DNA of 64,000 nt from Fibrobacteria bacterium (GTDB lineage Bacteria; Fibrobacterota; Fibrobacteria; UBA11236), in the NCBI GenBank assembly GCA_025360005.1, contig JANYDA010000032.1:148624-212623 (forward strand), read 5' to 3'. This document shows positions 9,618 through 18,895 of the stretch, piece by piece; the stretch's first letter is position 1, and the number at the start of each line of letters is the position of its first letter. The translations under genes were made by a program, and so were the position numbers. Below the pieces are notes generated by a model. That model saw nothing but the letters and a program-made list of their open reading frames with translations, had not been told where the DNA came from and searched no databases.

Positions 9618-11405
9618 TCACTCTACGCGGATTTTTTCCCGGAAATAGGAGCCTTCGGCGCTCCCGGAAACCAGATAAAGCCCCGGCTTCAGCCTGCCGG
9701 TGGTCAGGGTCGCACCGGAGTTACCCGAAGCCCTCGCCACCATGGCGCCGTCCAGCGCGTACACGGCGGCCTGATAGGGGCCCTGGAAGGGAAGCTGCAA
9801 GGAAATCCGGCCCTGTTGCAAAGAAGCGCGCACCGTTTTTTGGAATGCGCCCACGCGGCCTACGGCGGTAGTCGCGGGTCCCACGTTGTTGAGCGTGTAA
9901 TAACCCACGTTGGTGTAGGCCGCTTCCGCAGTCGCGCTGGTGACATTGTTCATGGTGATGGCGTACATCCGCTTGGTCAGCAGGCTCGCCAATTGCAGGC
10001 GGACATGCTTCCCGTCCGGGCTGAGCTCGGCCGAAGTCACGTCGACGTTGACGTTGTTGTCGTTTGTCGCCGCGTCCCCGCCATAAGTCTGCACTGGCGT
10101 GTACACGGTGGACAGAACCTTCCAATTGGCTTTATTGCCGGCGGCCGCAGCCGCCGGCTGGGTGAACTCCACGTCGAATCCGCCGGTGATGGAGCGGATG
10201 GCCAGGATCTCGAACGGCGCCTTGTCCGTGGGCGTCAGAAGATCCAACCCCCGGCAGGTGCCGTTCCAATTCCAGTTCCCGGAACCGCCCAGGCCGCAAG
10301 TGCCGCCTCCGATGCCGATCACGAGCAGCGAGCCGGACGGAGTGTAAAGGAATTGGTTGATGCCGAAGTTGATGCCGGCGGCGCCCGCGGACATGAAGCC
10401 GAAGACGGCGCCCTGCCACTCGCCATTCACCTTCTCCAGGAAATAGCGCAAGGTGCCGCCATGGTTGACGTCCCCGCCCATCATCTGCCCGGCATAGGCG
10501 CCCGCCTTGATGAGGATGGGACGCGTGGGGGAATTGCTGAACCCGCCATAGGGGATCCAGATGGCGGGCGGGTATTCCGGATCATTGGGGCAACTGGTCC
10601 CGTCCACCGCAGGCGGGATGATGCCGCAGGCATTGTTGGCCTTGGTGCGGAACCCGAAGAAGCGGCCGTTGGCCGGAATGTTCTTGGTGGGGATATGATA
10701 GAGGGCGTCCGCCGGTTTCCAATGCCCTTGGTTTTCCGGCACGAAGAATTCGTTGTCGGGCCCGATGCCTACCCCGTTGGTGTTGCGGAGGCCGCGCGCC
10801 AATTGCGTGAAGCCGGAGCCGCCGTAAGGAACCCTGATGAGCGCGCCGCGTTGCAGGGGGTCATTGGGATCGTAGTCATAAGCCGTCCCGGTGGTGAACC
10901 AGAACGCGCTATCGCGGGTGACCAGGTTGAAGGAAAAATGGTGCCATTGGTTGTCGTTGTACCACTCCGCGGGCAGGCTCCACAAGGTGGATTTGGTCCA
11001 GGTGGCGCCGGACCCGGTGAACTTGGTGATGCGGGGCTTTTCCATCACGTAGAAATCGTCGCCGACCACGGCTACGCCCAAAGCCTCGCGCATGCCGGTG
11101 GCGATGCGAACGGGCGTGCCCGGGTTTCCGCCGGCCAGGTTGGGGATGATCCACACCTCACCGTTGCTCTTGCTGGTGGTGCCCACCGGTTGCATGCTTC
11201 CGCCCCAAGTGCAGATAGCCCCGTCGCCGTTGGGCAGCAAGCCGATGCCGCCGATGCCGCCGACACTCCCCATTTCCGCCGGCAGGATGTTCTTCACCGT
11301 AAAGGCGGGGTGGAGATTGCCGATCGCGAACGCGGATGGACAGGCCATCGCCAGCGAAACGGAAACCACCGACCGCCATTTGTTCATCATCCGTGATTTC
11401 ATCAT
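9618..11405 (-). CDS. secreted protein with T9SS-type C-terminal sorting domain
   Basis: Signal peptide MMKSRMMNKWRSVVSVSLAMACPSAFA. The last ~60 aa (VYALDGAMVA...LKPGLYLVSGSAEGSYFREKIRVE) fit the Por-secretion tail pattern (vyDllGrlV...GvYfv...K.v.). The middle has a Gly-rich, beta-propeller-like region of unknown function. Confidence 0.7.
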   Translation of the reverse strand: MMKSRMMNKWRSVVSVSLAMACPSAFAIGNLHPAFTVKNILPAEMGSVGGIGGIGLLPNGDGAICTWGGSMQPVGTTSKSNGEVWIIPNLAGGNPGTPVRIATGMREALGVAVVGDDFYVMEKPRITKFTGSGATWTKSTLWSLPAEWYNDNQWHHFSFNLVTRDSAFWFTTGTAYDYDPNDPLQRGALIRVPYGGSGFTQLARGLRNTNGVGIGPDNEFFVPENQGHWKPADALYHIPTKNIPANGRFFGFRTKANNACGIIPPAVDGTSCPNDPEYPPAIWIPYGGFSNSPTRPILIKAGAYAGQMMGGDVNHGGTLRYFLEKVNGEWQGAVFGFMSAGAAGINFGINQFLYTPSGSLLVIGIGGGTCGLGGSGNWNWNGTCRGLDLLTPTDKAPFEILAIRSITGGFDVEFTQPAAAAAGNKANWKVLSTVYTPVQTYGGDAATNDNNVNVDVTSAELSPDGKHVRLQLASLLTKRMYAITMNNVTSATAEAAYTNVGYYTLNNVGPATTAVGRVGAFQKTVRASLQQGRISLQLPFQGPYQAAVYALDGAMVARASGNSGATLTTGRLKPGLYLVSGSAEGSYFREKIRVE

Positions 11406-11464
11406 GCTCCCGCTCCCGCGTTATACCCGCCGAGGCCCGTCCCGAAACCCGGTATCCCGAAATC

Positions 11465-12829
11465 TCAGATCGCGAAACCCATCTGGACGCTCCAATACCA
11501 ATTCTTCCGCAAGGGCATCACGTCCCGATCGTTGGTATGTCCGAAGTAATCCACCAGGCGCATATGATCGTTGGCGATCTGGCCGCTCAGGGTGAAACCC
11601 TGATAGATGGATTTCTGGGCGTACAAGGTCCATTTCACGTTGTCGCCGTTGAAGACCTGTCCCGTCACGAAGGGCGTGGGAGAAAGCGCGACGGAGGCAT
11701 TGGTCGCATCGTTCGGATAGGGGTTGGAGCAATATTCCCATTCCGCCGAAAGCACGTCGAGGATGCGGAAGGTGGGGAAATTGAAACCCACCGTATAAGC
11801 GATGCGGTCCTGCATCTTCTCATAGTAGAAAGGACGGTTCTGCAATCCCATCAGGATGCCCTCGAAATACAGGCGCAAATCCTTTTCGGAGAGCATGGGG
11901 CTGGCGATTATTTTCCCCAAATCCAGGGAAGCGCGGAGCATCACCTTTTCGCCTTGGAAGGAAAGGTAAGCACTGTCCACGGCGAGATGCGTGCTGGTAT
12001 CGTAGGGCGCGTCGGAAGATTTCAGGGGATGGGCCAGTTGTTTGCTGCCGTCTTTAAGGGTGTAATAAAGGCTGCTGCCTTGCCCATCGTACTTGCCGCT
12101 GGCGATCTTGCTGGGGTCGTAGAAATTGTCGAACATGAAGCCGCCTCCCAGGGTGAAGATCCCGCCCAGGGTATAGGAAGCGATATCCGTAAGGCTCAGG
12201 CTGGCGGAAGGGGTTTGATCCGTTTTGACCGTCAGGAGCAGATCATTGTTCAGCCCGCCGATCTTGGTGTTGGCATCGAAGCCGCCCAACTGCACGCCCG
12301 CGCTGTTCACGCGGGTCAATCCGCCGGTATAGATGACGGTGGGATAGGTATAGGTCCGGAACATGTATTCGCCCAGGTTCTTGGCGTTCTCGTTGTACTT
12401 GAAAGGGAAAACACCCGCCTTTAAAAGCAAACCGTGATCGCCCTCATCGCCGCGCCGCCAGTATTCGAATTCGGCGTGCAAGTCGGTGAACCCGAAGCCG
12501 GATCTTTGGCCGATGCTGTATTGATTGCCTTTGGAAGGAAGGATGAAGAAATACAAACCGCCCACGCCCACGAAGAGCTTGGCGTTGTCCGCCAGCCGGG
12601 CCTCCTCCAGAAGCCAGATGGAGCTGGCATTGGAGATCTCCCGGAAGTACCCGGAAGGAGTGGAACCGGGATCGGGAACGAAGCTTTCGATTTCAGTGGC
12701 CTCCCAGTTGGCGAAGATCTTCAGGGGAGCCAACCGGGAGGAAGCCTCTTCGGCGAACGAGCCTTGGGCGGCCAGCACCAGGAAAACCGCGGCTGCGGAG
12801 GATCTTTTGGACATCGTTTTCCTTTTCAT
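11465..12829 (-). CDS. secreted/outer-membrane protein, hypothetical (beta-rich)
   Basis: Signal peptide MKRKTMSKRSSAAAVFLVLAAQGSFA. 454 aa, rich in alternating aromatic/Gly beta-strand segments. Confidence 0.65.
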   Translation of the reverse strand: MKRKTMSKRSSAAAVFLVLAAQGSFAEEASSRLAPLKIFANWEATEIESFVPDPGSTPSGYFREISNASSIWLLEEARLADNAKLFVGVGGLYFFILPSKGNQYSIGQRSGFGFTDLHAEFEYWRRGDEGDHGLLLKAGVFPFKYNENAKNLGEYMFRTYTYPTVIYTGGLTRVNSAGVQLGGFDANTKIGGLNNDLLLTVKTDQTPSASLSLTDIASYTLGGIFTLGGGFMFDNFYDPSKIASGKYDGQGSSLYYTLKDGSKQLAHPLKSSDAPYDTSTHLAVDSAYLSFQGEKVMLRASLDLGKIIASPMLSEKDLRLYFEGILMGLQNRPFYYEKMQDRIAYTVGFNFPTFRILDVLSAEWEYCSNPYPNDATNASVALSPTPFVTGQVFNGDNVKWTLYAQKSIYQGFTLSGQIANDHMRLVDYFGHTNDRDVMPLRKNWYWSVQMGFAI

Positions 12830-12870
12830 GATTGGATGCGGGGCGAAGACGAGCCGGGAGCGCGCCCCGA

Positions 12871-14130
12871 TCAGGGGTTGGCGGCCTTGGGGAACAGGGG
12901 TTGGATGGAGAGTACGCTGCCGTTCTTGCGGATGGCGCGCCCGGTGAGATCGAAACGTCCCACGAAGCCCAGGCCGTTGTCATCGGCTTCGCGGAGGGGC
13001 TTGATGAGGTTTTCCTCCCGCAGGCCCACCGCCACCGAGTTCAGCATGGTGGAATAAGGCAGCGATCCGGGAGTGGCATTGGGGATGAACCAGACGTTGT
13101 TGTAGACGACATCGTTGCCGTGGTTCTGCACGTACAAGGGAGCCGGGATCAGCAAGTTCCCGGCAACGCCGGCGGTGGTGACGCCGGTGACCTTGGTGCC
13201 GTCCTGCACCAGGACGCCGTTGGCGTAAACGGTCATCATAGCCGCTCCCGCGGGATCGCCCGCGGCCCCGGAGGTGCGCGGGGTGAAATAAATGTCGTAA
13301 GTATGCCAGGTCAAGGGAGGCAGAGCGGCGTTGACGAAAGGGGCCTTAACAGTGTATATGCCGCCGTACTCGTTCTCCTCGCCCGTGCTGCCGAAGGAAT
13401 CCAACACCTGGCATTCATAATGGCCTTGCAAATACACGCCGCTGTTGGATCGGCCCTGGCCGGTGGCGGTGGGATTGAAGCAGCCCTGGTATTCGATATG
13501 CAGCAAGCCGGCTCCGTGGGGGTCTTTGGTTTGCACTCCGCGGTAAAGGCATTTGCGGCTGAGCTGGACATTGTTGTCCTTGTTGACCCACTTGGCCAAA
13601 TCGGCCTGACCGGTCGAGGAATCGAACCACATATTGGCATTGCCCCAGGCGGGCTGGGGCTTCATCAGATGCGTGGGGCTGTTGCGGACCACCCGGTTCA
13701 ACGTAAAGGAGGCGCCCGTGGGCGACGTCCCGGTCATGACGTGGGCTTCCCCGCTTCCCGTGACGGAGGCCGCCTTGTAATTGCTGATGGTGTTGACCGT
13801 AAAGGTGGTCCCGCTCAGGGTGGCGCTGCCGCTGAAACTGTTGCGGTTCCAGCCGGTCTTGTCCCAACCACCGTTAGGCTGGCCGGGCAAGGTCAACAAA
13901 CCTCCCGGCAGAAAGACCACGGTATAAGCGTTGTTGCCGTTGGCGATGAGCCAAGCGCCCAGATTCCCCCCGCCCGCGATGCTGCCGTAATATTCGCCTT
14001 GGACCTGCCACTGGGCCAAAGCCGCGCCCGACAGGGGCGGAATATAATCCGATTGCGCGCGCGCGTTGTCCGCCGCCAATCCGATGCAAGCCGCCGCCAA
14101 TATTCCCGTCCACTTCAGGCCGTTAGCCAT
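12871..14130 (-). CDS. secreted DUF1080 (3-keto-disaccharide hydrolase-like, LamG fold) domain protein
   Basis: Signal peptide. 'NSGVYLQGHYECQVLDSFG...EYGGIY...WHTYDIYF...TVYANGVLVQD' matches the DUF1080/PF06439 pattern. Confidence 0.65.
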   Translation of the reverse strand: MANGLKWTGILAAACIGLAADNARAQSDYIPPLSGAALAQWQVQGEYYGSIAGGGNLGAWLIANGNNAYTVVFLPGGLLTLPGQPNGGWDKTGWNRNSFSGSATLSGTTFTVNTISNYKAASVTGSGEAHVMTGTSPTGASFTLNRVVRNSPTHLMKPQPAWGNANMWFDSSTGQADLAKWVNKDNNVQLSRKCLYRGVQTKDPHGAGLLHIEYQGCFNPTATGQGRSNSGVYLQGHYECQVLDSFGSTGEENEYGGIYTVKAPFVNAALPPLTWHTYDIYFTPRTSGAAGDPAGAAMMTVYANGVLVQDGTKVTGVTTAGVAGNLLIPAPLYVQNHGNDVVYNNVWFIPNATPGSLPYSTMLNSVAVGLREENLIKPLREADDNGLGFVGRFDLTGRAIRKNGSVLSIQPLFPKAANP

Positions 14131-14402
14131 GATTTTCTCCCGCTTCAGGCGTGGTTCCGCGCCGCATCCAAATGTATCGATGCCTCCTTAGGGCCATGGG
14201 TCCGCAGGGGGGAATAGTTAGGCCAAAAAGGCCGCACTCAGCCGCGCTCCCGGAGCCGCCGATTCCCTCGAATCCGCAACCAACAACCAAACACGCGCCT
14301 ATTTCCCGACGAGGGAGTCCGGTTCCCCGGTATTCCGCCGGACGCAGACCGTTTCCGGCCGTGTCCCGGCAAGGCGGTATGGGGTATATTTGTCGGAACG
14401 CC

Positions 14403-15269
14403 ATGCAAGTCAGACCCGAACCGCCCTCCGTATTCGATTATCTGGATTACCGCAGGTACCTGGCCGACTACCTCACGGCACGCGGCCTGATGGACACGGG
14501 CTTCTCCCTGCGCGCATTCGCGGTCAAAGCGGGCCTGCCGCTTTCCAACTCCAGCTTCTTCTCCAAGGTGATAGGGGGAAAACGCAACCTCACCGTGGAT
14601 CGGCAGTTCCGCATGGCCAAAGCCATGAAGCTTTCCACCAGTGAAATCAAATACTTCGGCCTACTGGTGCAATTCAACCAATGCAAGGATCCGGAAGGCA
14701 AACAACACTTCTATTCGGAGCTGGCCAAGCACGGGCAATCCAAGGCCCGTATCATCGACAAGGAAGGCTACGCCTACTATTCCAAATGGCAGAACTCCAT
14801 TATCCGCGCCTTCTTCGGCATCAACCAAAAGGAAAGCAATCCCTCCGTCATCGGCAAAAGGATTTTCCCCCAAGTCCCGCCCTGGGAAGTGGAAGACACG
14901 GTCAAGCTGCTGACGCAATTGGGGATGATCACCAAGACCGCCAACGGCTACGCCCTGCGGGACGCCAATATCGCCACGGAACGGGAAAACAAGGATTTCA
15001 TCGGCAAGCTGCGCATCCTGGAAATGCTGGGGCTGGCCAAAGATGTGTTCAACCATGTGCCGCCGGAAGATCGCGAATATAGCGCCATGACGGTTTATAT
15101 TTCCAAGCAGGGCTACCAAGCGCTCAAAGAGAAAATCCGCGTGTTCCGGGAGGAAGTGAAATCCCTGGTGGGGGCGGATAACGGCGAGGACAGAATCTAT
15201 ACTTTGGGCATGCAGTTCTTCCCCAATAACCGGCTGCCGGATTGGGATTCGGAAACCCGGAAGGCCTGA
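14403..15269 (+). CDS. TIGR02147/DUF4423 family protein with N-terminal XRE-like HTH (putative regulator)
   Basis: Start at the internal ATG 14403 (MQVRPEPPSVFDYLDYRRYLADY...). HTH-like segment SLRAFAVKAGLPLSNSSFFSKVIGGKRNLTVDRQFRMAKAMKLS. The family is best known as a Fibrobacter paralogous family. Confidence 0.7.
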   Translation: MQVRPEPPSVFDYLDYRRYLADYLTARGLMDTGFSLRAFAVKAGLPLSNSSFFSKVIGGKRNLTVDRQFRMAKAMKLSTSEIKYFGLLVQFNQCKDPEGKQHFYSELAKHGQSKARIIDKEGYAYYSKWQNSIIRAFFGINQKESNPSVIGKRIFPQVPPWEVEDTVKLLTQLGMITKTANGYALRDANIATERENKDFIGKLRILEMLGLAKDVFNHVPPEDREYSAMTVYISKQGYQALKEKIRVFREEVKSLVGADNGEDRIYTLGMQFFPNNRLPDWDSETRKA

Positions 15270-16028
15270 ATGAAGGCGCGCGCGCCGTGGGCGTTGGCCA
15301 CCCTGGTGGCAATCGGTTGCTCCAAAAAAGATCAGGTGGCCGGCGGGTACGATGACGTTGAGAATCCCGCCATCCAGGTCTCTTTGCAGGACACGCTGGG
15401 CAAGCCTTTCGGCGCCGGAGAGATGCGCATCTATGCGCGTTATCAGAATCCCGGCAAAGACTCCACTCCGGTATTGGAACAGACCATCGCGCCCGGCACG
15501 GCGGCAACGGTACGGGACTCGGCCCTGATTTCCGCCATGGGGCGGGCGCAAAGCCGCGGCACCCGATGGCCCAGTCAAGACACCGTTGAGTTCAACCTCA
15601 ATGCGACGGCCTCCGGCGGCGAAGCCTTCCTGGGGGATTTCCTGTTGGTGAAAGGGCCGGATGGGCTCCATCGCTTTATGCGTCGGTCGGGTGGATCCGT
15701 TCTCCATGCGGATAGCAAAGGCGTGCTGGCGGCCATCCCCGTGATGGCTCCCCCAATCCTGAACCTGCGCGGCAATGTGGGGGCCCGCGGCCTGCAATTG
15801 GCCTTGCAATCCCTGTTCATTCCGGGATCCCCATACCAGGCCAAGATAACCGGGGACGGATCCTTCACCTTGGCCCGCCTGGCGCGGGGAAAATACGATG
15901 TGAAGGCTGTATCGCTCGATGGCAAGGTATACACCGCCGCCGATTCCCTGCTCGCGGACTCCGCTTCCGCGGCCGTGGAATATGCTCCCGCGGATTGGTC
16001 CGAAGCGGACATACTCTGGATCGAATGA
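15270..16028 (+). CDS. lipoprotein, hypothetical
   Basis: ATG follows the upstream TGA directly. Lipobox LVAIGC in MKARAPWALATLVAIGCSKKD. Confidence 0.7.
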   Translation: MKARAPWALATLVAIGCSKKDQVAGGYDDVENPAIQVSLQDTLGKPFGAGEMRIYARYQNPGKDSTPVLEQTIAPGTAATVRDSALISAMGRAQSRGTRWPSQDTVEFNLNATASGGEAFLGDFLLVKGPDGLHRFMRRSGGSVLHADSKGVLAAIPVMAPPILNLRGNVGARGLQLALQSLFIPGSPYQAKITGDGSFTLARLARGKYDVKAVSLDGKVYTAADSLLADSASAAVEYAPADWSEADILWIE

Positions 16029-16035
16029 TCCCGCT

Positions 16036-18195
16036 TCACTCCCGGAGATAACCGAACGAACGGGGGCGCACCGGCATGGATTCGCCCTTGACCCGAACCT
16101 GTTGCCCATCGGGTCCGTTGACCAAGGCCCCGTCGCGGGTCCAAAGCCTGCCTGCTACGATATAGACCCCAGTGCCCAGCCGGCTGCCGCCCTTGGAAAC
16201 CGGGTACCACATCAGGCGCACCCAGGTAGTATCCCCAGGGCTGGCCGCCTGCATGGCACCCCATTCCTGATCGGTAAAATCCCGATCGAGTGAATTCACG
16301 AACGCTCCCAGATGATCGTAAAACCATAGTTGCATGCGCGTGATGGGCACGCGGGCGGGAAACTCCAGCACGGGCCCGCGGGCGGCGGCCGATTTCCGTT
16401 CCGATTCCCCGCTCCCCAGGGGATCCCCGGAGGCGGAAACCGGGACCAACGCCTCCAGCCGTTGCGGCAGGAATGCCGCTCCATGCGCGGGATTTTCCCG
16501 GATGCGCAGCTGTCCCACCGTCTCTTCCAGGTTACGTGGGAAAGCCAGCTCCACGTAATGGGGTTGCGCGCGATTGCCCCCGGTATCCATAGCGACCGGG
16601 GAAAGGGATACGCTGTCGCCGGGATGCAATCGCTGGGCGACCGCTTCCGGCAAGGAAAAGAAATACCGTCCCGGCTGCACCTTGATTCCCGGCGCGCCGC
16701 CGGGGTTGGGAATAGTCCCGTCATGAAGCTTCCACAGCAACATCCCCGAGGAATCCCCGCTTCCCGCCAGCGGTTCCGAAGCTTGCAAATCCAGGTAGGC
16801 CGGATCCCCGTTGATCCGTCCCCAACGGAACCAGGCGCCCGTAAGGACCGGACTCACGCCGTCCCGCAAAAGCACGCTCAAATCGGAAGTGCGCGTGTAT
16901 ACCGTTTGCCGCGTGGAAGCCGTCACCGGCGGAAATCCCGTCGCGCCGAACGGCCCCGCATATTGGTATTCCAGGCCGCCGCGCAGGGTCCACGGATCCG
17001 CGCTGTCCGGATGCACCCAGGCATACCGCCGCGATCCCGCGAAATCGAATTGCATTTCCAAACCGTCCGGCGCAGGTCCGGCCGCGGTATCCAGGTTCAC
17101 CCGAATCGATTCCGCGCGCCCGTCGCCGGAAAGCACCCCGCGCTGCGGCCGGGCCAAACGGATCAGGGTGAGGGAAATGCGGCTGCTATGGTCCTCCGCC
17201 TTGGCCGTAAGATTGATGCGCGTATTGTTCGGGAACTTGGACGGATCCAAATCCAGGCAGGCCTGGCCGCCGATAAGGGAGAGCGGTTTGCCGTTGATGT
17301 CCCAGTCCGCGGAAAGGAAAGTCAGATCCGGCGGGATCTTGTAATTGCCGCATTGCTCCTGGCCCGGCTCCTGAAAAAATGGCCGCGCGCAGAGGCGGGT
17401 CTTTCCAGTGATGATGTCTTTGCTGGTGACGCTGGCGCCCAGGCTGTCCACTATCCGCAGGCTCTTGATGGCCAGCGGTTTCAGTTCCGCCGTGGATTCC
17501 ATTCCGAAGACGGAGGTAGGAGGCTGCCGGCTGCAGAAATAGATGTCCAGATCGAGCGTCCTGCCGAGCTTGCCTTTGAGGAACGGAAGCGAATCCAGGA
17601 TGGCCTCGGTATAGCGCGCCAGATGGATGCCGCCTTGATCGATGACCAGGCGGTTGTCGAGGAATACCCACAGATCATCGTCGCCCCGGAACCGCAAGGA
17701 TTCCCCGCCGTTATAGGTCAAGGCCGCATTGACCTCCATGCAATAGGCGTAGTCGTTGCGCAGCGATCCGGGTCCCGTCGCCGCGCTCTGCCGGCTCAGG
17801 GAATCCATGGGAAAGAAAAGCGAGTCGTCCATTTTCCACAAAGGCTTGCCGGGCCGGCCCGCGTTGCGGAGGAACAGATTGCCGCAGGCGGAAACCGCGG
17901 ACTGGGAAGGGTCGAACCATTTCTCGATGTCCTTGGAACAGGCATCCATGGCTCCGCGCCGGGGGATTTTCTTTCCCAATGCCGGATCATACTGGAGCGT
18001 GTCCCGCAGCATTCCAGGAGCCGGTTTTTGCACGTTGAGGTTGCAGCCGGTCACGCCGGTTGCCGAGAACTCGCCGTTGAAGTCCCCGTAATTGTGATCG
18101 TAAAGGGTGGCTTTGAGGGTCAGGAAATCCTGGGCCGGGGATACGGCGCACAGGAACAAGCCTGCGGTACAGGCGCGGAAAAATCGGGGGGCCAT
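16036..18195 (-). CDS. large secreted protein with PA14/fibro-slime-like domain
   Basis: Signal peptide from the internal Met (MAPRFFRACTAGLFLCAVSPAQ). Motif 'YAYCMEVNAALTYNGGESLRFRGDDDLWVFLDNRLVIDQGGIH' resembles the fibro-slime/PA14 core. Domain name is an inference. Confidence 0.7.
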   Translation of the reverse strand: MAPRFFRACTAGLFLCAVSPAQDFLTLKATLYDHNYGDFNGEFSATGVTGCNLNVQKPAPGMLRDTLQYDPALGKKIPRRGAMDACSKDIEKWFDPSQSAVSACGNLFLRNAGRPGKPLWKMDDSLFFPMDSLSRQSAATGPGSLRNDYAYCMEVNAALTYNGGESLRFRGDDDLWVFLDNRLVIDQGGIHLARYTEAILDSLPFLKGKLGRTLDLDIYFCSRQPPTSVFGMESTAELKPLAIKSLRIVDSLGASVTSKDIITGKTRLCARPFFQEPGQEQCGNYKIPPDLTFLSADWDINGKPLSLIGGQACLDLDPSKFPNNTRINLTAKAEDHSSRISLTLIRLARPQRGVLSGDGRAESIRVNLDTAAGPAPDGLEMQFDFAGSRRYAWVHPDSADPWTLRGGLEYQYAGPFGATGFPPVTASTRQTVYTRTSDLSVLLRDGVSPVLTGAWFRWGRINGDPAYLDLQASEPLAGSGDSSGMLLWKLHDGTIPNPGGAPGIKVQPGRYFFSLPEAVAQRLHPGDSVSLSPVAMDTGGNRAQPHYVELAFPRNLEETVGQLRIRENPAHGAAFLPQRLEALVPVSASGDPLGSGESERKSAAARGPVLEFPARVPITRMQLWFYDHLGAFVNSLDRDFTDQEWGAMQAASPGDTTWVRLMWYPVSKGGSRLGTGVYIVAGRLWTRDGALVNGPDGQQVRVKGESMPVRPRSFGYLRE

Positions 18196-18257
18196 CGGGT
18201 CATTAGTCGGTTTATCCGGCTTGGAAGTTGGGAGAATTTCAACCAAATGATCCCCGC

Positions 18258-18761
18258 CTATTTTAGCGAGGCGAGCACCTGGTCCACATGGCCATTCACC
18301 TTGACTTTGGGAAAGACTTTGGCCACCTTCCCTTCTTCATCGATGACAATGGTGGTGCGTACGATCCCCATGAATTTACGGCCGTACAGGGACTTTTCCT
18401 GCCATATGCCGTAGGCCTCCAAAGCTTTGTGATCCGGGTCGCTGAGAAGCGGAAAATTGAGTCCGTGCTTGGCTTTGAACTTCTTGTGCGATTCCACCGA
18501 ATCCGCGCTGAGCCCCAACACCACGGCCCCGGACTTGGCGAACCGGTTCACGTTGTCGCGGAAATCGCACGACTCGGTGGTGCAGCCGGGCGTGCTGTCC
18601 TTGGGGTAAAAGTACAGGATGACCTTGCGGCCCTTGAAGTCCGCCAGGGATACGGTATGGCCGGTATCATCGGAAAGCCTGAAGGCGGGCGCCTTGCTTC
18701 CCGGTTGCGGTCCGTAGCCTGGGCCTGCGGTGGAAGCGGAAGTTTTCTTTGCGGCGGGCAT
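18258..18761 (-). CDS. bcp: thioredoxin-dependent peroxiredoxin Bcp (PrxQ)
   Basis: '[24 protein letters not shown]' peroxidatic-Cys motif. The ORF extends to 18854; start chosen at MPAAKK. Confidence 0.85.
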   Translation of the reverse strand: MPAAKKTSASTAGPGYGPQPGSKAPAFRLSDDTGHTVSLADFKGRKVILYFYPKDSTPGCTTESCDFRDNVNRFAKSGAVVLGLSADSVESHKKFKAKHGLNFPLLSDPDHKALEAYGIWQEKSLYGRKFMGIVRTTIVIDEEGKVAKVFPKVKVNGHVDQVLASLK

Positions 18762-18895
18762 GCGTACTCCGGAGTGCAAGCCGCCGGCCGGCATGGCCGC
18801 GGCGAAAAGGTGGTTGAAAAGCGGTGGTTTCCCGCCGGGATGAAATAGAGCCAATCATGCCGGGGATGGCAAGTGGGCCGGGCGCGCCGGCCCTA

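Noticed and set aside
12871-13060. T9SS C-terminal sorting domain on the DUF1080 protein
   Set aside because: Only an 'FDLTGRAI' fragment resembles the CTD. The downstream G-x-Y and terminal K-x-x-K/V elements are missing. Too weak to call.
14661-16109. 482-aa minus-strand ORF
   Set aside because: It overlaps the TIGR02147 HTH gene and the downstream lipoprotein on the opposite strand. The plus-strand products have a coherent HTH and signal peptide; this one has none.
16330-18414. 694-aa plus-strand ORF
   Set aside because: Antisense shadow of the fibro-slime/PA14-like secreted protein gene. R/G/P-rich low-complexity translation.
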